The notes under the pieces were generated by a model. The model was given only the letters and a program-made list of their open reading frames with translations. It was not told where the DNA came from and made no database searches. DNA of 64,000 bases, from the IMG/VR virus record IMGVR_UViG_3300047312_000104, one strand, 5' to 3'. The DNA is from an uncultured virus (IMG/VR IMGVR_UViG_3300047312_000104). Its lineage: Duplodnaviria > Heunggongvirae > Uroviricota > Caudoviricetes. Below, piece after piece: positions 25,550-37,996 of the stretch (within the stretch, counting starts at the first letter, position 1; each line of letters opens with the position of its first letter). Position numbers and translations under genes: made by a program.

Positions 25550-26071
25550 TTAGTCCCATAAACTCCCGTGGCACTTAGCCAGCGTGTCGAAGGCCGCCTG
25601 GACCTTCTCAACACAGGTATCTTCGTATTGGTGGTAGTCGGCCCCGCCCAACAGTTCGAATCCTTGGATCATCCGATCCAGGGCGTCCGCCCAAGTCTTC
25701 TCCGCGATGCCCCACCCTTCCTTGTTGGGGTTCCCACAGGGCTTGTAGTACTGGGCCCCATCGGGGAAGCACCAGGACGGAACCCCGTTCTTCTTGAGCT
25801 TAAGCAGCTTGAGCCGAGGAGTCATGAACTGGGCTAGGGTAATGTCGAGGGCCCAAATGTCGGTCTCGTCCCACCCCCAGGTGAGGCGCTGCCAGAACCT
25901 CCGGATGTTCCCGGGGGCATGGGAGAGCCATTGAGCGTTCGAGAAGTAGTTCCAGACCCGGACGGCCCAACGGTCGGTCGTGTCGGTCCCGAAGAACCCG
26001 GTGTACCGATCCGGCTTAGCGGCGTCGGCTACCATCTCGTCAAACGTCTTGCGACGTGGCTTACTTCCCAC
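25550..26071 (-). CDS. hypothetical phage protein
   Basis: W.LD.TLA....PRLK...W...LD.MI.GF...GSLWD. Confidence 0.7.
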   Translation of the reverse strand: MGSKPRRKTFDEMVADAAKPDRYTGFFGTDTTDRWAVRVWNYFSNAQWLSHAPGNIRRFWQRLTWGWDETDIWALDITLAQFMTPRLKLLKLKKNGVPSWCFPDGAQYYKPCGNPNKEGWGIAEKTWADALDRMIQGFELLGGADYHQYEDTCVEKVQAAFDTLAKCHGSLWD

Positions 26072-27400
26072 GTATGTCTACCTTGCTGGCTATCCAGCAT
26101 CCGAAGATGATACCGACGACCGTCCCGACCACGCAATGCAACACCGTCACAGGAGCCCTGCCTTCTTGAGGGCCGCCTTGGCCCCCCTGAGGAAACCATT
26201 CCCTGGCCCGACCACTGTACCGTCTGGGAGCATCGGTTCCAAGTGCCTAACCAGACCGAGGAGGGCCTGGCCCATCTCGGGAGCAGCGCAGAAGAGTTTC
26301 ATTGTGGCGTCCAAGTGCTCTTGGATATCGGGGTTCATCTCGCAGACGGTCACCACATCCTGGTAGTGGGGCTCGACATAGATGGCGGTTCGACGTTCGG
26401 TATCGCGGGGCATCCTGTAGGCGCCAGGAAGGGGCTTCGAGGTGTCGACCGCAAACTTATAGTCAGTCATGCTTCACCAAGTTCCCTTGTTTTTCCCCAT
26501 CATGGAGTTGATCGATCGTTACCTCGATCTTCTCGTTCAAACCGTTGAGCCGGCTATCCCTGATGGTCTCCAGGGCTAACCTGGCCAACCTGGACCCAGC
26601 ATGGAACGGATACTCGGCAAGGGAGTAGTAGACGGCTGCGAGGTCGTGGTCGAGTGAATCGACGAGATCCCGCAGGACCACCAGATGCTGGACGGCAACC
26701 CTAAGTTCACCTTGGAGTCGTTTGATCGCGTCTTCGGTGTCGGTCACAGGTCGTCATCCTTGATATCGTCGTGGGTCTCGTCATCGAAGTCATCGGGAAC
26801 CGTGAGGTCGACACTGACATCTTCCTCTTCGGGCCAGACGTAGTCGTCTTCGACGTCATAGAAGGGGTCCGGGATGAACTCCCCTTTGACGTCCAACCCT
26901 TCATTCTCCCGTTCCCACTCACGCCGCTGGTTAGCGACCGAGTCAGGCTCGTCCTGGTCCCCGTACCAGTATCGGGACATCCACTTGGGATCAGGCTTGG
27001 CACCCAATTCCCAGGTGGGCTTGACCCCGTTGGTGGCCGTCTGGGTCTTAGGTTCGGTCGTGGGTTTGGTCAGCTGGTCGTAGTCCTTACCCAGCATGGC
27101 ATTGTCGCGCTTCAGTTCGTCGATTCCATCCTGGATGGACGCCTCTAGTCCGCCGATGGCCAGCCAGACCACTCGTTGGATAGAAGCGTCTTGGGCGCGT
27201 TCCCCCGAGGCTCTGTTGAGGGCTGTCCGGATGTCGCCCAACTGGCTCTGGATATTTTCCAGGTCCTCGATCCATCCCTTGTTACCGGACATGCAAGTTT
27301 CGATGTGCTCATCGAGCGGAACGGGGTCGCTGTATTGGCTGCTAGTAGGGAGCATCGGGACCTCCTGGGGTCCCCTGAGTGTCCACAAACAGCTAGGAAG

Positions 27401-27958
27401 TCAATCGCCCTTTGGAGGCCCGAACACGAAATCGATACGGGGCACCAGAGGACCCCTGGGAGTACTCCACGGGTCTATCCCGCAGTCAACCGCGGTTGGG
27501 CCACAGTCGTACTCGTCGAGATGGAAAGTCAAACGTGGCTTCTGGTGCTGATGACCATGGAGGAGCCAGTCGGCCTTTTCGCCGTCCTCCATCGCGAAGT
27601 CGGCGGGGTTGTGACGACAAATGAACAACTGCCCTTGGGATTCAAAGTCAAACCAACGGCATACGTGTTCGAACCCTAGGGCCCGGTAGGCAGTCAGGGA
27701 GCGTCGGTCATGGTTACCCATCACGAGAATCATCTGATGGCGGATACGGGCCCGGTAGGCGGCCAGTTGCTCGCGTGACCCAAACCCGAAGTCTCCAAGG
27801 TGGAGGATCACCGACCCATCAGGCTTGCTGTTGATGGCGTCAATGATCACTTGGTCGTGCTGCTCGATCGAATCCGACCAGTCGCAACGGTTGGGGCAGT
27901 ACTCGCGAATCTTGGCGTGGCCCAGATGAGTATCAGAAATCACATGAGTAGGGATCAC
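27401..27958 (-). CDS. calcineurin-like metallophosphoesterase
   Basis: SDTHLGH, HLGD, GNHD, HGHQH motifs. Confidence 0.9.
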   Translation of the reverse strand: MIPTHVISDTHLGHAKIREYCPNRCDWSDSIEQHDQVIIDAINSKPDGSVILHLGDFGFGSREQLAAYRARIRHQMILVMGNHDRRSLTAYRALGFEHVCRWFDFESQGQLFICRHNPADFAMEDGEKADWLLHGHQHQKPRLTFHLDEYDCGPTAVDCGIDPWSTPRGPLVPRIDFVFGPPKGD

Positions 27959-28564
27959 AGCCGATCATCCAACCTTTTGATAGCCCCATTGACCGCAGCC
28001 CTCTCACCCATGTTCATGGTCCCCCACAGCCCTGACATCTTGAGGGTAATGTGATCACGCTGATCAGCACTAGGGGGCAGCTCCAACAACTTACCGAGAA
28101 GCTCGATATATTGGGCCACCTTAGATGGATTCATTCGGCTCCCGCTTTGCGATATACACAACCTCGGCCTGGGTCTGCATGGTGTTGTCAAAAAACTGCA
28201 CCGTCACCCTTCGTGGTTCGACTTTAGTCAGCTGAGTACAGGACGCCCTGATGGCGTCATAGAAATCATGGTGGTTATACAACGTGATTAGACGAGTGCG
28301 TTGACCGCGCGGTTCAACGAGCTTAATCGCTTCCCACAAGACATCACGGAAGTTGGTGAAGTGAGCAGGGGCTGTGTCGGTAGTCACGGGAGCTTCACCG
28401 CCTCAGCCGCCTCAGCTTGCTCGTCTGTGGTCAGGGCTGCCAAGAGGGAAGCGACCCTGAAAGCTATGGGGCTGTTCTGCTGGTCCTCAACAGGGAGAGC
28501 GTGTAGCTCCTTATAGAGACGAACATATAGTGCGACGCGGGCGTTCATGGGAATCCTTTGGGGT

Positions 28565-29335
28565 TCATGGGAGGTCGATCACCTGAGGGATGTAGTGTTT
28601 GCGAGCCTTATGCTCGCCCGGGTACCCGCGGGGGTTGCAGACCCCTCGGGTGGTTCCACCAAGGACTTGGTCGAACGTACTGTGGGTGTGGCCGAATAGG
28701 ACCGCCGGGATATTGGGGCGACAAAGCCAGGATGCCTGGTCGGTCGTGAAGTACGCGTTGAGCTTTGATCCGCGCCACATCTCGTCGATGGCTTCCCGGA
28801 ATGGCACAAAGTGGGTCACGATCACGGTCGGGACCTCGTCCTGGGTCAAGACCTGGAGGTAGGCCCTGTCCTTGAGGTGACGATCGATCATGACCGGCGG
28901 GGAGATGAAGGACCCCCGGAACCCGATGGAGGTAAAGTCGGAGATGCCGAGTTGGGCTGCCGCTGCCGAGATCTCCGGGGTACCGTCGAGGGAGAAGTCG
29001 GTCCAGAGCGAGACCCCGGCGATCCTGTACTTGCCGCACATGATCGAGTCACGGTTGAGGAGGTGGACGTTCGGCCACTCGGCCAAGAACTCCTCCCAAC
29101 GCTTGTACCCGAGGTTCAGGTCCATCCCGTAGAAGTCATGGTTGCCCAGGACGACGCAACAGAGGGCCCCGTTGAGGGAATTGAAGAACTCCTTGGCCCT
29201 GAAGCCGGCCGTGAGGGCGATCGAGTCGATGTCGCCGGCTACGATGACGCAGTCGACATCTTCCATGTACTTGGGCTTCATAGCCCAGCGCTGGAACTCC
29301 AGGTGAAGATCACTGGCTAGCAGCAGGCGGGTCAC
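28565..29335 (-). CDS. calcineurin-like metallophosphoesterase
   Basis: SDLHLE, AGDI, GNHD, THFVP, GHTH, NPRGY motifs. Confidence 0.92.
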   Translation of the reverse strand: MTRLLLASDLHLEFQRWAMKPKYMEDVDCVIVAGDIDSIALTAGFRAKEFFNSLNGALCCVVLGNHDFYGMDLNLGYKRWEEFLAEWPNVHLLNRDSIMCGKYRIAGVSLWTDFSLDGTPEISAAAAQLGISDFTSIGFRGSFISPPVMIDRHLKDRAYLQVLTQDEVPTVIVTHFVPFREAIDEMWRGSKLNAYFTTDQASWLCRPNIPAVLFGHTHSTFDQVLGGTTRGVCNPRGYPGEHKARKHYIPQVIDLP

Positions 29336-29864
29336 GGTGTCGCTCCAGGTATTCTGCGGCTAGGCGTAGCTGCTCGGGGGAGTCATTAAACTGACCTAAG
29401 CCTTTATTACAAGGAGAACATAGAATCCCGCGTACCATGCCAGACACATGACAATGATCTACATTCCAATCCGTACGACCGGAGTCGTCTGTGCCGCATA
29501 TTGCGCATCGACCACCTTGTTTATCTAAAAGCGATTTGTATTGTTCAAGCGTAAGGTCGTAGTCACGCATCAATTGCTCACCGCGACGCGCTTCTTTCCC
29601 TTTTGCTTTGCGCTGTGCGGCACGCCTCGCGTTGATCTCGTCCTTATGTCTTGCGTATCTAATAAGCATCCGCGCTGCGTTTCTCGCCCGCGCACGCTCT
29701 TTCGCTTCCTCGGTTTGAGCTGCTCGCCTGACCCGTGCCTTAGCCGCCGCTTCTTCTTTATGGGCTGCATACCACGCGCGCGATTTAGCTGCTGCTTCGC
29801 CCATGTGAGACTTCCTGTAAGCCGCGTCGGTTACCTTTTTCTTTTCTAAATCCTTGTACGCCAT
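29310..29864 (-). CDS. endonuclease VII-domain homing endonuclease
   Basis: Q.G.CAICG...VDHCH.SG.VRGILC..CN.GLG.F.D. Confidence 0.9.
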   Translation of the reverse strand: MAYKDLEKKKVTDAAYRKSHMGEAAAKSRAWYAAHKEEAAAKARVRRAAQTEEAKERARARNAARMLIRYARHKDEINARRAAQRKAKGKEARRGEQLMRDYDLTLEQYKSLLDKQGGRCAICGTDDSGRTDWNVDHCHVSGMVRGILCSPCNKGLGQFNDSPEQLRLAAEYLERHRDPPAASQ

Positions 29865-29867
29865 AAA

Positions 29868-30242
29868 TCAGAACGGTAACCCGTCGTCCTTGGCCGGGAC
29901 CTCGTGGACATACACGGGTAACCCGGCGGTTCTCGCCTGGTGTATAATGTCCAGCGTCCCGAAAGATTCGCTACCTAAATCTCTGACTGCAATGAGGGCC
30001 TCAGCCTTGGCGACCATCTCCCCGTTCCTGATCGGCCCAGCTGCCTTCCCATACTGTTTCCAATCGGCCGGGTAGACCTCGCAGGGGACCCCTCCGCCTT
30101 TGGCCAGATCCTCGACCATCTTGTCGACCCCCTGGCACCCACCGGTCAGGATGACCGTTATGGGGAACTGGGCTTCGTGTACCGCCTTGAAGACCTCCAT
30201 GGGGTCACTGAGGGTCCTCGATCCAGCTATGATGACCCTCAT
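29868..30242 (-). CDS. SLOG (DUF2493/YspA-like) protein
   Basis: MRVIIAGSR...GG..GVD...ADW..YGKAAGPIRN.EM. Confidence 0.85.
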   Translation of the reverse strand: MRVIIAGSRTLSDPMEVFKAVHEAQFPITVILTGGCQGVDKMVEDLAKGGGVPCEVYPADWKQYGKAAGPIRNGEMVAKAEALIAVRDLGSESFGTLDIIHQARTAGLPVYVHEVPAKDDGLPF

Positions 30243-31766
30243 ACAGCCCTACGCTCCCAATACTCGGCCAGGAGCTGTTCGGTCGGGGCCTGGAACTCGA
30301 TGAACATTCGGCCACGCTCGACATTGGGGACACAGTGGTGCATGATCCGGTAAGCGATCGGGACGTTCCGCATACCGGTCCAGTGTCCTACTTCCTCTAC
30401 CTCAGGGACCGCGCCACAGAACGGACAGGGGATCACCCGCTCTCCGCCATGTCAGCCAGCTCGATCAAGGCCTTGGCGACCTGTCGGGCTGCATATGGGG
30501 GCACACAGATGGTAACCTGTTGGCCTGGCAGCGCGTCGTCATGCGTCTCGATGTACGTGAGGGAAAGGAGCTGGTCGGCACCACGGACAATGACGTGCCA
30601 TCCGTCATGGATGTTCCGGATCGTGCGAGAGGTCGTCACGTCGTAGTGGTCGCATGTATCGTGGTCCACGGTGGGTCCCTATAGTTTGTCGGTGAAGATG
30701 AGATAGCAGGTGCCTATCATCCACGAAATAACTGCAATGGCCGCGATAACTTGGACACGATTACCGGCTCGCCACTGATCGATAAAATCGCCAACCATAC
30801 CGACTAGTCCAGCCACAGCAACGAAGACCACCGGTATACCGACGAACAAGAGAGCTAGTAAATGGCCCATTGGTTACCCTTCCGATTCGTCGTCGTTGAC
30901 CCAGATCCCAACCGCCTTGGAGTTAGTGAGAAGCTTAATCTTGGCGGAGGTGAGCCGGTCGCTGTGCAATCCCCGACACTGGTACTTGTCTACTAACACC
31001 ACATGGACCCCAAGGTTCTCCAGGGCGTCCTTGAGCAAGATAGCCATGGTCGACTTACCCGACTTTCGGAACGGGGACGAGATCGTGATGCTGAACTGCA
31101 TACCACGGAGGGCATCTGGGTACGGGGTCTTGGGCTTGAGTTTAGGTTTCACAGGGAGTCCTTATGGTCTGGAAGGGTAAGGGTAACCGAGCGGCAGTCA
31201 AGGAATCCCGGGTCCTTCATAGCCTGCCTGAGAGCGTCCATGTACTCGGCCCCCTTAGCCGCGATCCTCATCTCCTTTTCAAGTTTAGCCCATTCGTATT
31301 CCCAGCCTTCTGCATAGACCTTCTTGTACTCTGGCGAGTCAGTGTCCACTGGAAGCTCCTTTGGTCGTAGGTTCAGGGAAGCACTTGGGACAGCCGATTA
31401 GAACCGACGCGTAATGGAAACTACCGTCCTCGACTATCCCGTACCCCAGGCAAACCTTACAGTTCTTCTGGGCCCCTGGCCGGATCGGGAGGCCGTCATC
31501 ACCGGTGCTGTAGCGCGGTTCAGAACTCATCTGGGACCCTTCCGAAGAGTTGAGATTCAGGCAAGAGGTGGTTAGGGGCCTTACAGGTATGGAAACAAGG
31601 GACAGTTCCGTTGTTGTGAGCTGCTTCAGCAAGAGCGTAGGCCTGAGGGCACACGTCGCACTTCTGGCCGTCCATTTCCCCGTACCCGCCGCTACACGTG
31701 TTCATGCCACACTTAGGACAAATCACGCAGGGTCCGCACATCTCACAGAGGGACCACCGGAACTCT

Positions 31767-32273
31767 TCAGGATTCAGCATTGGCGGTCCCCCATGGTTCG
31801 GGCTGCTGGGTCTTACGGATGTACAGGGGATGACGGGGGTCCCCAGCCTTAGTTCTGCCAAGGCAGTGTACGCCTTCCAACAGATGCGCAAGTTCCGGCA
31901 CCCTGGCCCTAGCCATCTTGTTAGCCCCCCACCCGACCACGATCACGCCAAGCCGGTGAGCCGCTACCTGTTCAGCGACGTGCCAGTCATTGGCGGGACC
32001 GACTGGGTCCTTGTGCTTAGCCAACTCACTAGGGTCTGTGTCTATCAGGGCGAAGCTGTTCACGATGGTCAGACTGGTGCAGTTCCACAGCTGGGCGAAC
32101 CCCATGCACCGACGGGTCGTAGGATCGTCGATCGAGGCATCAGCGGTGCTGGGGTTAATTAGCCAGAAGAGGCACGGGTTATTCCAGCGGAGCGCACAGG
32201 GGATCGGGCGATGAAGGGTGTACCGGTAGGTCCCACATTCGCTGATGACGGCCGAAGAGGGACCTCCGATCAC
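31767..32273 (-). CDS. DUF1643 family protein
   Basis: YRY.L.R...NPSTAD...DDPT.RRC..FA...N.FA...P.HPLY. Confidence 0.85.
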   Translation of the reverse strand: MIGGPSSAVISECGTYRYTLHRPIPCALRWNNPCLFWLINPSTADASIDDPTTRRCMGFAQLWNCTSLTIVNSFALIDTDPSELAKHKDPVGPANDWHVAEQVAAHRLGVIVVGWGANKMARARVPELAHLLEGVHCLGRTKAGDPRHPLYIRKTQQPEPWGTANAES

Positions 32274-32801
32274 GACTGCCCGAACCCATTCTCAAGCAAG
32301 TCTTCCGTGACCTTCGCGACCGCTTCACCTCTGGTCTCACCCCTGCGCAATACCGCCGAGAGCCCAAGCCGACTGGTGGACCAATAGGCTACGAACCAGG
32401 ACTCACCATCGGGTCGCATCATCTTCTCTGATTCGATGTGGGCGAACCTGGACCCGATCTTGATCTCAAGCACCTCGTAGGTGGACTTGACCGGAACCGC
32501 GTCTGGTTTGCCTGAGAACAACTTCCCAAACTCTCCGTCCAGAGAGTCATCGAACCCAAAGTCCCCTTCATGGCGGTCGCGTGTCATTGGGGTCCTTCGG
32601 AGCGCATCAGAGCCTCGTTGGTGTCAACCAAGGCCCGTCTAGTCTGCTGAAGCTCTTTGGTCTTGATCCGCAGTCGCTCACGCAACTTGTCCCGCTCATG
32701 CTCGGCCTTCACAAGGAGCCCCTGGACTACCCTGAGCTCCTGGACGGTGCGCTCCAGGGCAGTCAGGGGTGTCGCGATGGCCCGGAAATCAGATTCCCTA
32801 T

Positions 32802-33236
32802 TCACGGCTTCCTCGACTCCAGGTTGAGCCGGGATGCTTCGAGGATCGGCAGGTTAGCCTCGGTCGGGACGTAGATGACTTCCTTTGATTTGTCCTGGAG
32901 GGATTGGACCCAGAGGTACCGGAGGTACGACTCATTGTTCCGGAGCGATTCCCCGATGATCTTGTTGGCCTGCGCGACACCCTCGGCACGGGTGATCTCG
33001 GCTTGGGCTAGCGACTTGGCCGCCTCAGCCTTGGCGATGGCCTCCAGGACAGCGATCTTCCGATTACTGTCAGCCTTGGCCAGTTCGGCCTCACCAGCCT
33101 TCTCCTGTTCGTACACGTTGTACTTGGGCCAGGCATAGCACCCGCCTCCAACGACGCAGAAGATGAATAGGAGACCAGCGGCTCCAAGGAAGAAGGTGAT
33201 GGTTGTTTCTGACGCGGCTCTACGGAGATGGTTCAT
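32802..33236 (-). CDS. membrane-anchored SPFH/band-7-like coiled-coil protein
   Basis: TM + RAEGVA.AN.IIG.SL..N..YLRYLW...IYVPTEANLPILEA. Confidence 0.75.
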   Translation of the reverse strand: MNHLRRAASETTITFFLGAAGLLFIFCVVGGGCYAWPKYNVYEQEKAGEAELAKADSNRKIAVLEAIAKAEAAKSLAQAEITRAEGVAQANKIIGESLRNNESYLRYLWVQSLQDKSKEVIYVPTEANLPILEASRLNLESRKP

Positions 33237-34464
33237 TTGGGTCCTATGGGGGTGGTGAATGGGTCATTCATTCTGAATCTTCATCACCACGAAGTGATTG
33301 AAGCTTGTTATCAAGAAGTTCGTTCTGCTCGTTCATGTAGATGGTCTGGGTGTGCCAGAAGGAGGCTTCAAGTTTCGCTGCCGACAGTTGGGCTATCAAC
33401 TCGTCGCGCTCGGCCTTAAGGGTCGAAGCCAAGTCATTCGTCACGTTGTTCTGAGTGTTGGACCAGTCGAGATCGCGCTTAGCTTCTTTCAACTGGGCTT
33501 CCAACGAAGCGATGTATTTCAAAATCGACTCACTGATGGTCAGGCCAGGGACCCACTTGTCATCACCCGAACCATGTCGTGCCCACTCGCGGAGGAGCTC
33601 AAGTTCGTCCGTAGCCGAGCTGTACTTAACCGAACCAGTTAGTGACTGTGTTTGTCCGATGAAAGATTGCAATTTAACATCGTCTATGATCTTTTGCTCA
33701 CCTGGGGTATAGGGGCGATAGGTCGGGGGGTGAGGGGCGTGGCCATCACGATAGGGGTCAGTCATGCCATATCCTTGCGGGGCACTGGGTTGGGGCAGGC
33801 CAAATCTTTACTTCCTTAACGGGATGCGGGTGATGGGGCCCGTGCCCCTCCTCTCTCACATCCTTGCAGGATTCGAAACAGGTCTCGCCACAATGGCAGC
33901 ACTTAAGGTTCGAACGGCCATCGCCGTAACAAAAACCAGTACGGTGCCAGCAGTGGTCCAAGAGGGGGGCGAGCTCGCTCATGGGTTAGCCCCTAAACAG
34001 TGCTAGGCTGCCACCCTTACCCATGTGTCCAATTATCTCTTTGACGGCCTCGCGACCTTCTCGGTCAGTGGCCCCGATAAACTTGTGCAGCATACTTACC
34101 AACGCATCTGGTGCGAGAGATGGCCCAGCGTAGTCAAACATATCTACCAGGCCAGTAGGGCTCGTCACCCACACGGCCGACCCCTTGGCGAACGAAACAG
34201 TGCCTGACCGAATACCGCGCTTGGTAAGGCACGTTTCGCGTTCTCTGACGACGATGTCGATCACGGCTTACCCCAGTTCAACGCTGCCATGATAGCTGCC
34301 TTAACAGATATCTCTTCGTTCCTGTCGTTATGGTAATACTCGATCTTGAAAGCCTCGTACCCTGCCGCCACCCTAGCCTCATCGGCTGGTGAGAGATCGA
34401 TCGGACGTCGTTTAGGAGGATTGGTGTCGGGCATGGGCCCCATTGTGCCACCATAGGCCAGTTG

Positions 34465-34788
34465 TCAAGCGCTACGGTGGGACCACTTCCGGATCTCGTT
34501 CCGCTTCACTTCAGCCAAGCATTGACCCTTACCGGTCCACTCGGAGTCCTGTGGGAGCAGATCACCCTTGGCCGCGTTACACGGGCCACAGCAGAGCCGG
34601 AGGTTGTAGTGACGCCACGACCCGCCCCTTGAGAGGGGTACCAGGTGGTCGATGGTGGAATCGGAGAGCCGCATCGGCTGTTCGCAGTATGCGCAACACC
34701 CGGCTTGGGCCACGTAGTTCTTGAGCCTAAACCGCCGGAGCGTCTTCTTGTGTGGTTTGCGTTTGCGTCTCATCGAATCCCATTTCAC
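34465..34788 (-). CDS. HNH endonuclease
   Basis: CAYC...TIDHLVPLSRGG...NL..CC..CN..KG. Confidence 0.88.
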   Translation of the reverse strand: MKWDSMRRKRKPHKKTLRRFRLKNYVAQAGCCAYCEQPMRLSDSTIDHLVPLSRGGSWRHYNLRLCCGPCNAAKGDLLPQDSEWTGKGQCLAEVKRNEIRKWSHRSA

Positions 34789-35761
34789 GTCTCCAGCCTT
34801 GGAAGGTCTGGTCTAGCATCCTCTGGTTGGCTATAAACATAGCTTCGTCATCAGGATGGCAATTATAAACTTTCAGGTCCACGTGTTTGTTGCAGCAATA
34901 TTGACTGAGGAGGGTAGCGGACCGTTCATCGATATAGATCCGGTCAGGGGTAGTGGGGTCCCCTTGCAGTACCTTGCAGAACCCGAAGTACCTACTGAAC
35001 TGCTCTGGGGATCCCCCGGCCTTCTGGAGGCCAGCACATGAGACCCAGTACCGATCCATCACTTGGCCAGGATCTTGACGGCCTCTAGGGACCGGACCAG
35101 TCGGGTGCAGCACAGGGCCGGGATAGCCTCGCTCGGGTTGGCCCTCATGGCCCCCTTGAGGGCGTGGGCTCGGTGCCAGATCGACTGTTGGTGGACATTG
35201 GTCACATAACCGAACAAGCGCGCGATGGGGTTCACAAGGATCCTCGGGGGTTACATTACCTTACTGGAGCTCTGGGGCGTGACCACGGTCCACTGACAGC
35301 CCCGTGGGCCGCGCTACAGATAAGGCGAGCCAAATCACTCATGAGCCCTTGGGTCCAGCCGATTACCTTATGCTCGTTCTGGAACGCCACTTCGACCATT
35401 GGGGCTACAGGATCGTGGCCCTTGAGCTGAAGATCCCACCCCATACGGGCCATCGCGGGGACCACGTATTTGAAGGTGTGGTTTAGATCACGGGTAACCG
35501 CTAAGTCCGCCTCATACTTCCCATCCCCGGTTAGGTATTCTGCCGGGTACACCCAGACGGGCTGGCTCTCATCCCAGGCCAGGAGATCGTCGTAGTAGGT
35601 GTAGTGGGGGCCAGGGGTCTCTTGGGAAGCCCTGTGGTGTTCTGACGACCCTGGGCCGAAGTTCACTGCCCCGACCCCAAGGACCCATTGGCGTCTCGTT
35701 ATGATCTGGAGGCACAACACCTTCTTGACGATGAATCGGCGCAACGGATCGGGGTCAGGGG

Positions 35762-37954
35762 TCATTCGTCGTCCCATGTGACTGTGACGTCAATGTTCTC
35801 AACCGGGCCGCGGTATTCACCGCGGAGTGTTATCCGGTCGTCGGCTCTAACCGGGGTGGGGGCACCGTTGATGGCCGTGATGGTCCCGTGTTGACCTATC
35901 ATAACTACGTCTCCCGGCCGGAACGTGGTCCCGTCTATAGTGCGATCCTCGGTGGCCACGAACGTCGTGTAATGATTACCAACCATTACGGGCTGAGCCA
36001 TGTCAGCCATCGCCTCTTCCATGTCAGCAACGATTTGTGGTGTAGCATAGGTGGTCCCAACTGATGCCGTGATTATCCCGGTGCCTGCCGTGGTACCTAG
36101 CGTCCCCCAGGTGCCACCAGGGTGCAGTATCTCTATGGCACCCCCAGGTGTAGTCCGAACATCGTGGCGTCTGACCAGAGTGCTCAGGTATGCTCTCTCG
36201 ACTCTCTCGATCTCGCGGTCGGCCGGAGTGGGGTTGGTACGAAGTTGAGCGCGCTCACGTATGAGGTCTTCCCATTCCGCCTGTGGGTCGACCCCATGCC
36301 GTTCCAGGACCGCCGGTTCAAATTGATCTACAAGGTTTCTAAACTGTGCGGCGGTGAAGTGGCCTTCGTCTGCTTGGTCGCGAACCTCCATGGGTTCAAG
36401 GACTGGCGGAAGACCAACCGGGTACCAGACTCCTTCGATGAGCTGGCCTCTAGGGGCCATCCCGTTGTGGGCAGTAATCCATTCCCATACCTCATTGGTC
36501 ATCGGCCTGTTGTAGCTAATAAGCCGGTCCGCGTAGTTAGACAGGAGCCTGATTAGTTCAACCGTGGTTCGGCCATGAATGTTCCTAACCTGACGTCGGA
36601 CCATTTCGATGATGATGACCCCGGTCGTCAGAGCAATTGGGTCTTCTCTGAAGACGTCCGCGGCCTGGAGATCGATAGCGGCGTAATCAGTGTAGGGTCT
36701 CTCGGTACGATGCTGCGCATACATGTATCTCTGCTGAGCCTCTTCCCACTCACGGTCCAGCACCGCTTGGGCTTCACGGCCACGCTCGGTCGCGAGGGTC
36801 TCCTGGGTCAGCTGAAGTCTCGTTACCCCGTTACGGTTGTCGTCGCGCTGTTGACCGATTAACGCGAGCATGTCCATGGTAAGCGTCGCATCACGGCCGG
36901 TCGTCCCAGTAGCGGTCGCATCCGTGATGGGTCCATTGGCGGCCGTGGTGGCTGCGGTATCCATCCATTGTTCATTAGCGTGCAGGAGGCGCGTCGCGTT
37001 CATGGTGTCGCGGTTCGCGAGAGTCATCTCCCCGTACCCACCATTATCCAACTGAGGACCGAGCAGGTGGTCGTCGTCCCGAAGATAACCAACATCCCTT
37101 ACGGTGATCTGAGCTGTCGGGTTTGCCGCGAGGAGCTCTCGATACCGCGCCACCCACCGGATCGTCTCATGGTTGATCTCGGTGCGGGGCGCTGGGGTAA
37201 AGACAGCATCACCGAGGAGACGTGTTGTGGCTCGGAAATATAGACGGGTGATCCCGGGGTCGTTCGTTACCACGATACGGCCAGTCGCAGGATCCCAGTG
37301 GGTCCTGGCCCCCTCGGCCAATGGGCGAAATACGCCAGCGTCATCTAAGAACTCAGCGGCGGCCGGCAGACGAAGCGGCTCGACACCGCCTGGAGTATTG
37401 AAGATGTCGTTGGGCGGGGGCAAGACCGTGTCGTTAATGGTTATCCGGGCAGCCGCTGCTGGATTCACAATCGCGACCCCTTGGGCTTCGTGGGTAACGA
37501 AGTTGAGCGGTCCAGGGCCCCGGGTGTTTAGACGGGCGTTCGTGATGACTGCGCCAGCGAGGTCAGCCTGGGTGAGGTGCCTGAAGGTATTGTGCGGGTA
37601 GTCTGGGGCGATATCGCCTACTAGTGGGTGGTCGAGGTCTTCAAACCGGATACCAGTATCCGCCCGAGGTTCCCGATATCCCGGCATGGACCGGCAGAGG
37701 GACTGGAATGAGTCCCACCTGATGGGGAACTCAACCGTGACCCCTGGCCACGGTTGGGCTGCATTCGCATCGCTATAGCCACTAACTTCCAAAACAGACT
37801 TGTACGAGCCATCGGGCTGAAGGGCGTAGCTTCGCAGGACGAAGTAGAGCCCATAAACTTTCGCTGTTCCGCCAGGGCACTCACCGACCCTATGGTCCTT
37901 GAAGGTCCCGTTGGTAACCGCATCCCAAACACAGTGGGGCTGGCAAATGCTCAT
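35762..37954 (-). CDS. large hypothetical protein
   Basis: 730-aa ORF with own promoter motif and GAGG RBS. Confidence 0.75.
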   Translation of the reverse strand: MSICQPHCVWDAVTNGTFKDHRVGECPGGTAKVYGLYFVLRSYALQPDGSYKSVLEVSGYSDANAAQPWPGVTVEFPIRWDSFQSLCRSMPGYREPRADTGIRFEDLDHPLVGDIAPDYPHNTFRHLTQADLAGAVITNARLNTRGPGPLNFVTHEAQGVAIVNPAAAARITINDTVLPPPNDIFNTPGGVEPLRLPAAAEFLDDAGVFRPLAEGARTHWDPATGRIVVTNDPGITRLYFRATTRLLGDAVFTPAPRTEINHETIRWVARYRELLAANPTAQITVRDVGYLRDDDHLLGPQLDNGGYGEMTLANRDTMNATRLLHANEQWMDTAATTAANGPITDATATGTTGRDATLTMDMLALIGQQRDDNRNGVTRLQLTQETLATERGREAQAVLDREWEEAQQRYMYAQHRTERPYTDYAAIDLQAADVFREDPIALTTGVIIIEMVRRQVRNIHGRTTVELIRLLSNYADRLISYNRPMTNEVWEWITAHNGMAPRGQLIEGVWYPVGLPPVLEPMEVRDQADEGHFTAAQFRNLVDQFEPAVLERHGVDPQAEWEDLIRERAQLRTNPTPADREIERVERAYLSTLVRRHDVRTTPGGAIEILHPGGTWGTLGTTAGTGIITASVGTTYATPQIVADMEEAMADMAQPVMVGNHYTTFVATEDRTIDGTTFRPGDVVMIGQHGTITAINGAPTPVRADDRITLRGEYRGPVENIDVTVTWDDE

Positions 37955-37969
37955 GTGACCTCGGCCAAG

Positions 37970-37996
37970 AGTGTAAGGGGCCCTCTAGAGAGTCAA
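37970..37996 (-). promoter_or_regulatory. putative promoter TTGACT-N15-TACACT
   Basis: recurrent motif. Confidence 0.6.

Noticed and set aside
30433..30870. Amber read-through fusion of 30679-30870 with 30433-30669
   Set aside because: In frame, but the 9-nt gap is the usual GGACCC initiation element; a one-in-three coincidence.
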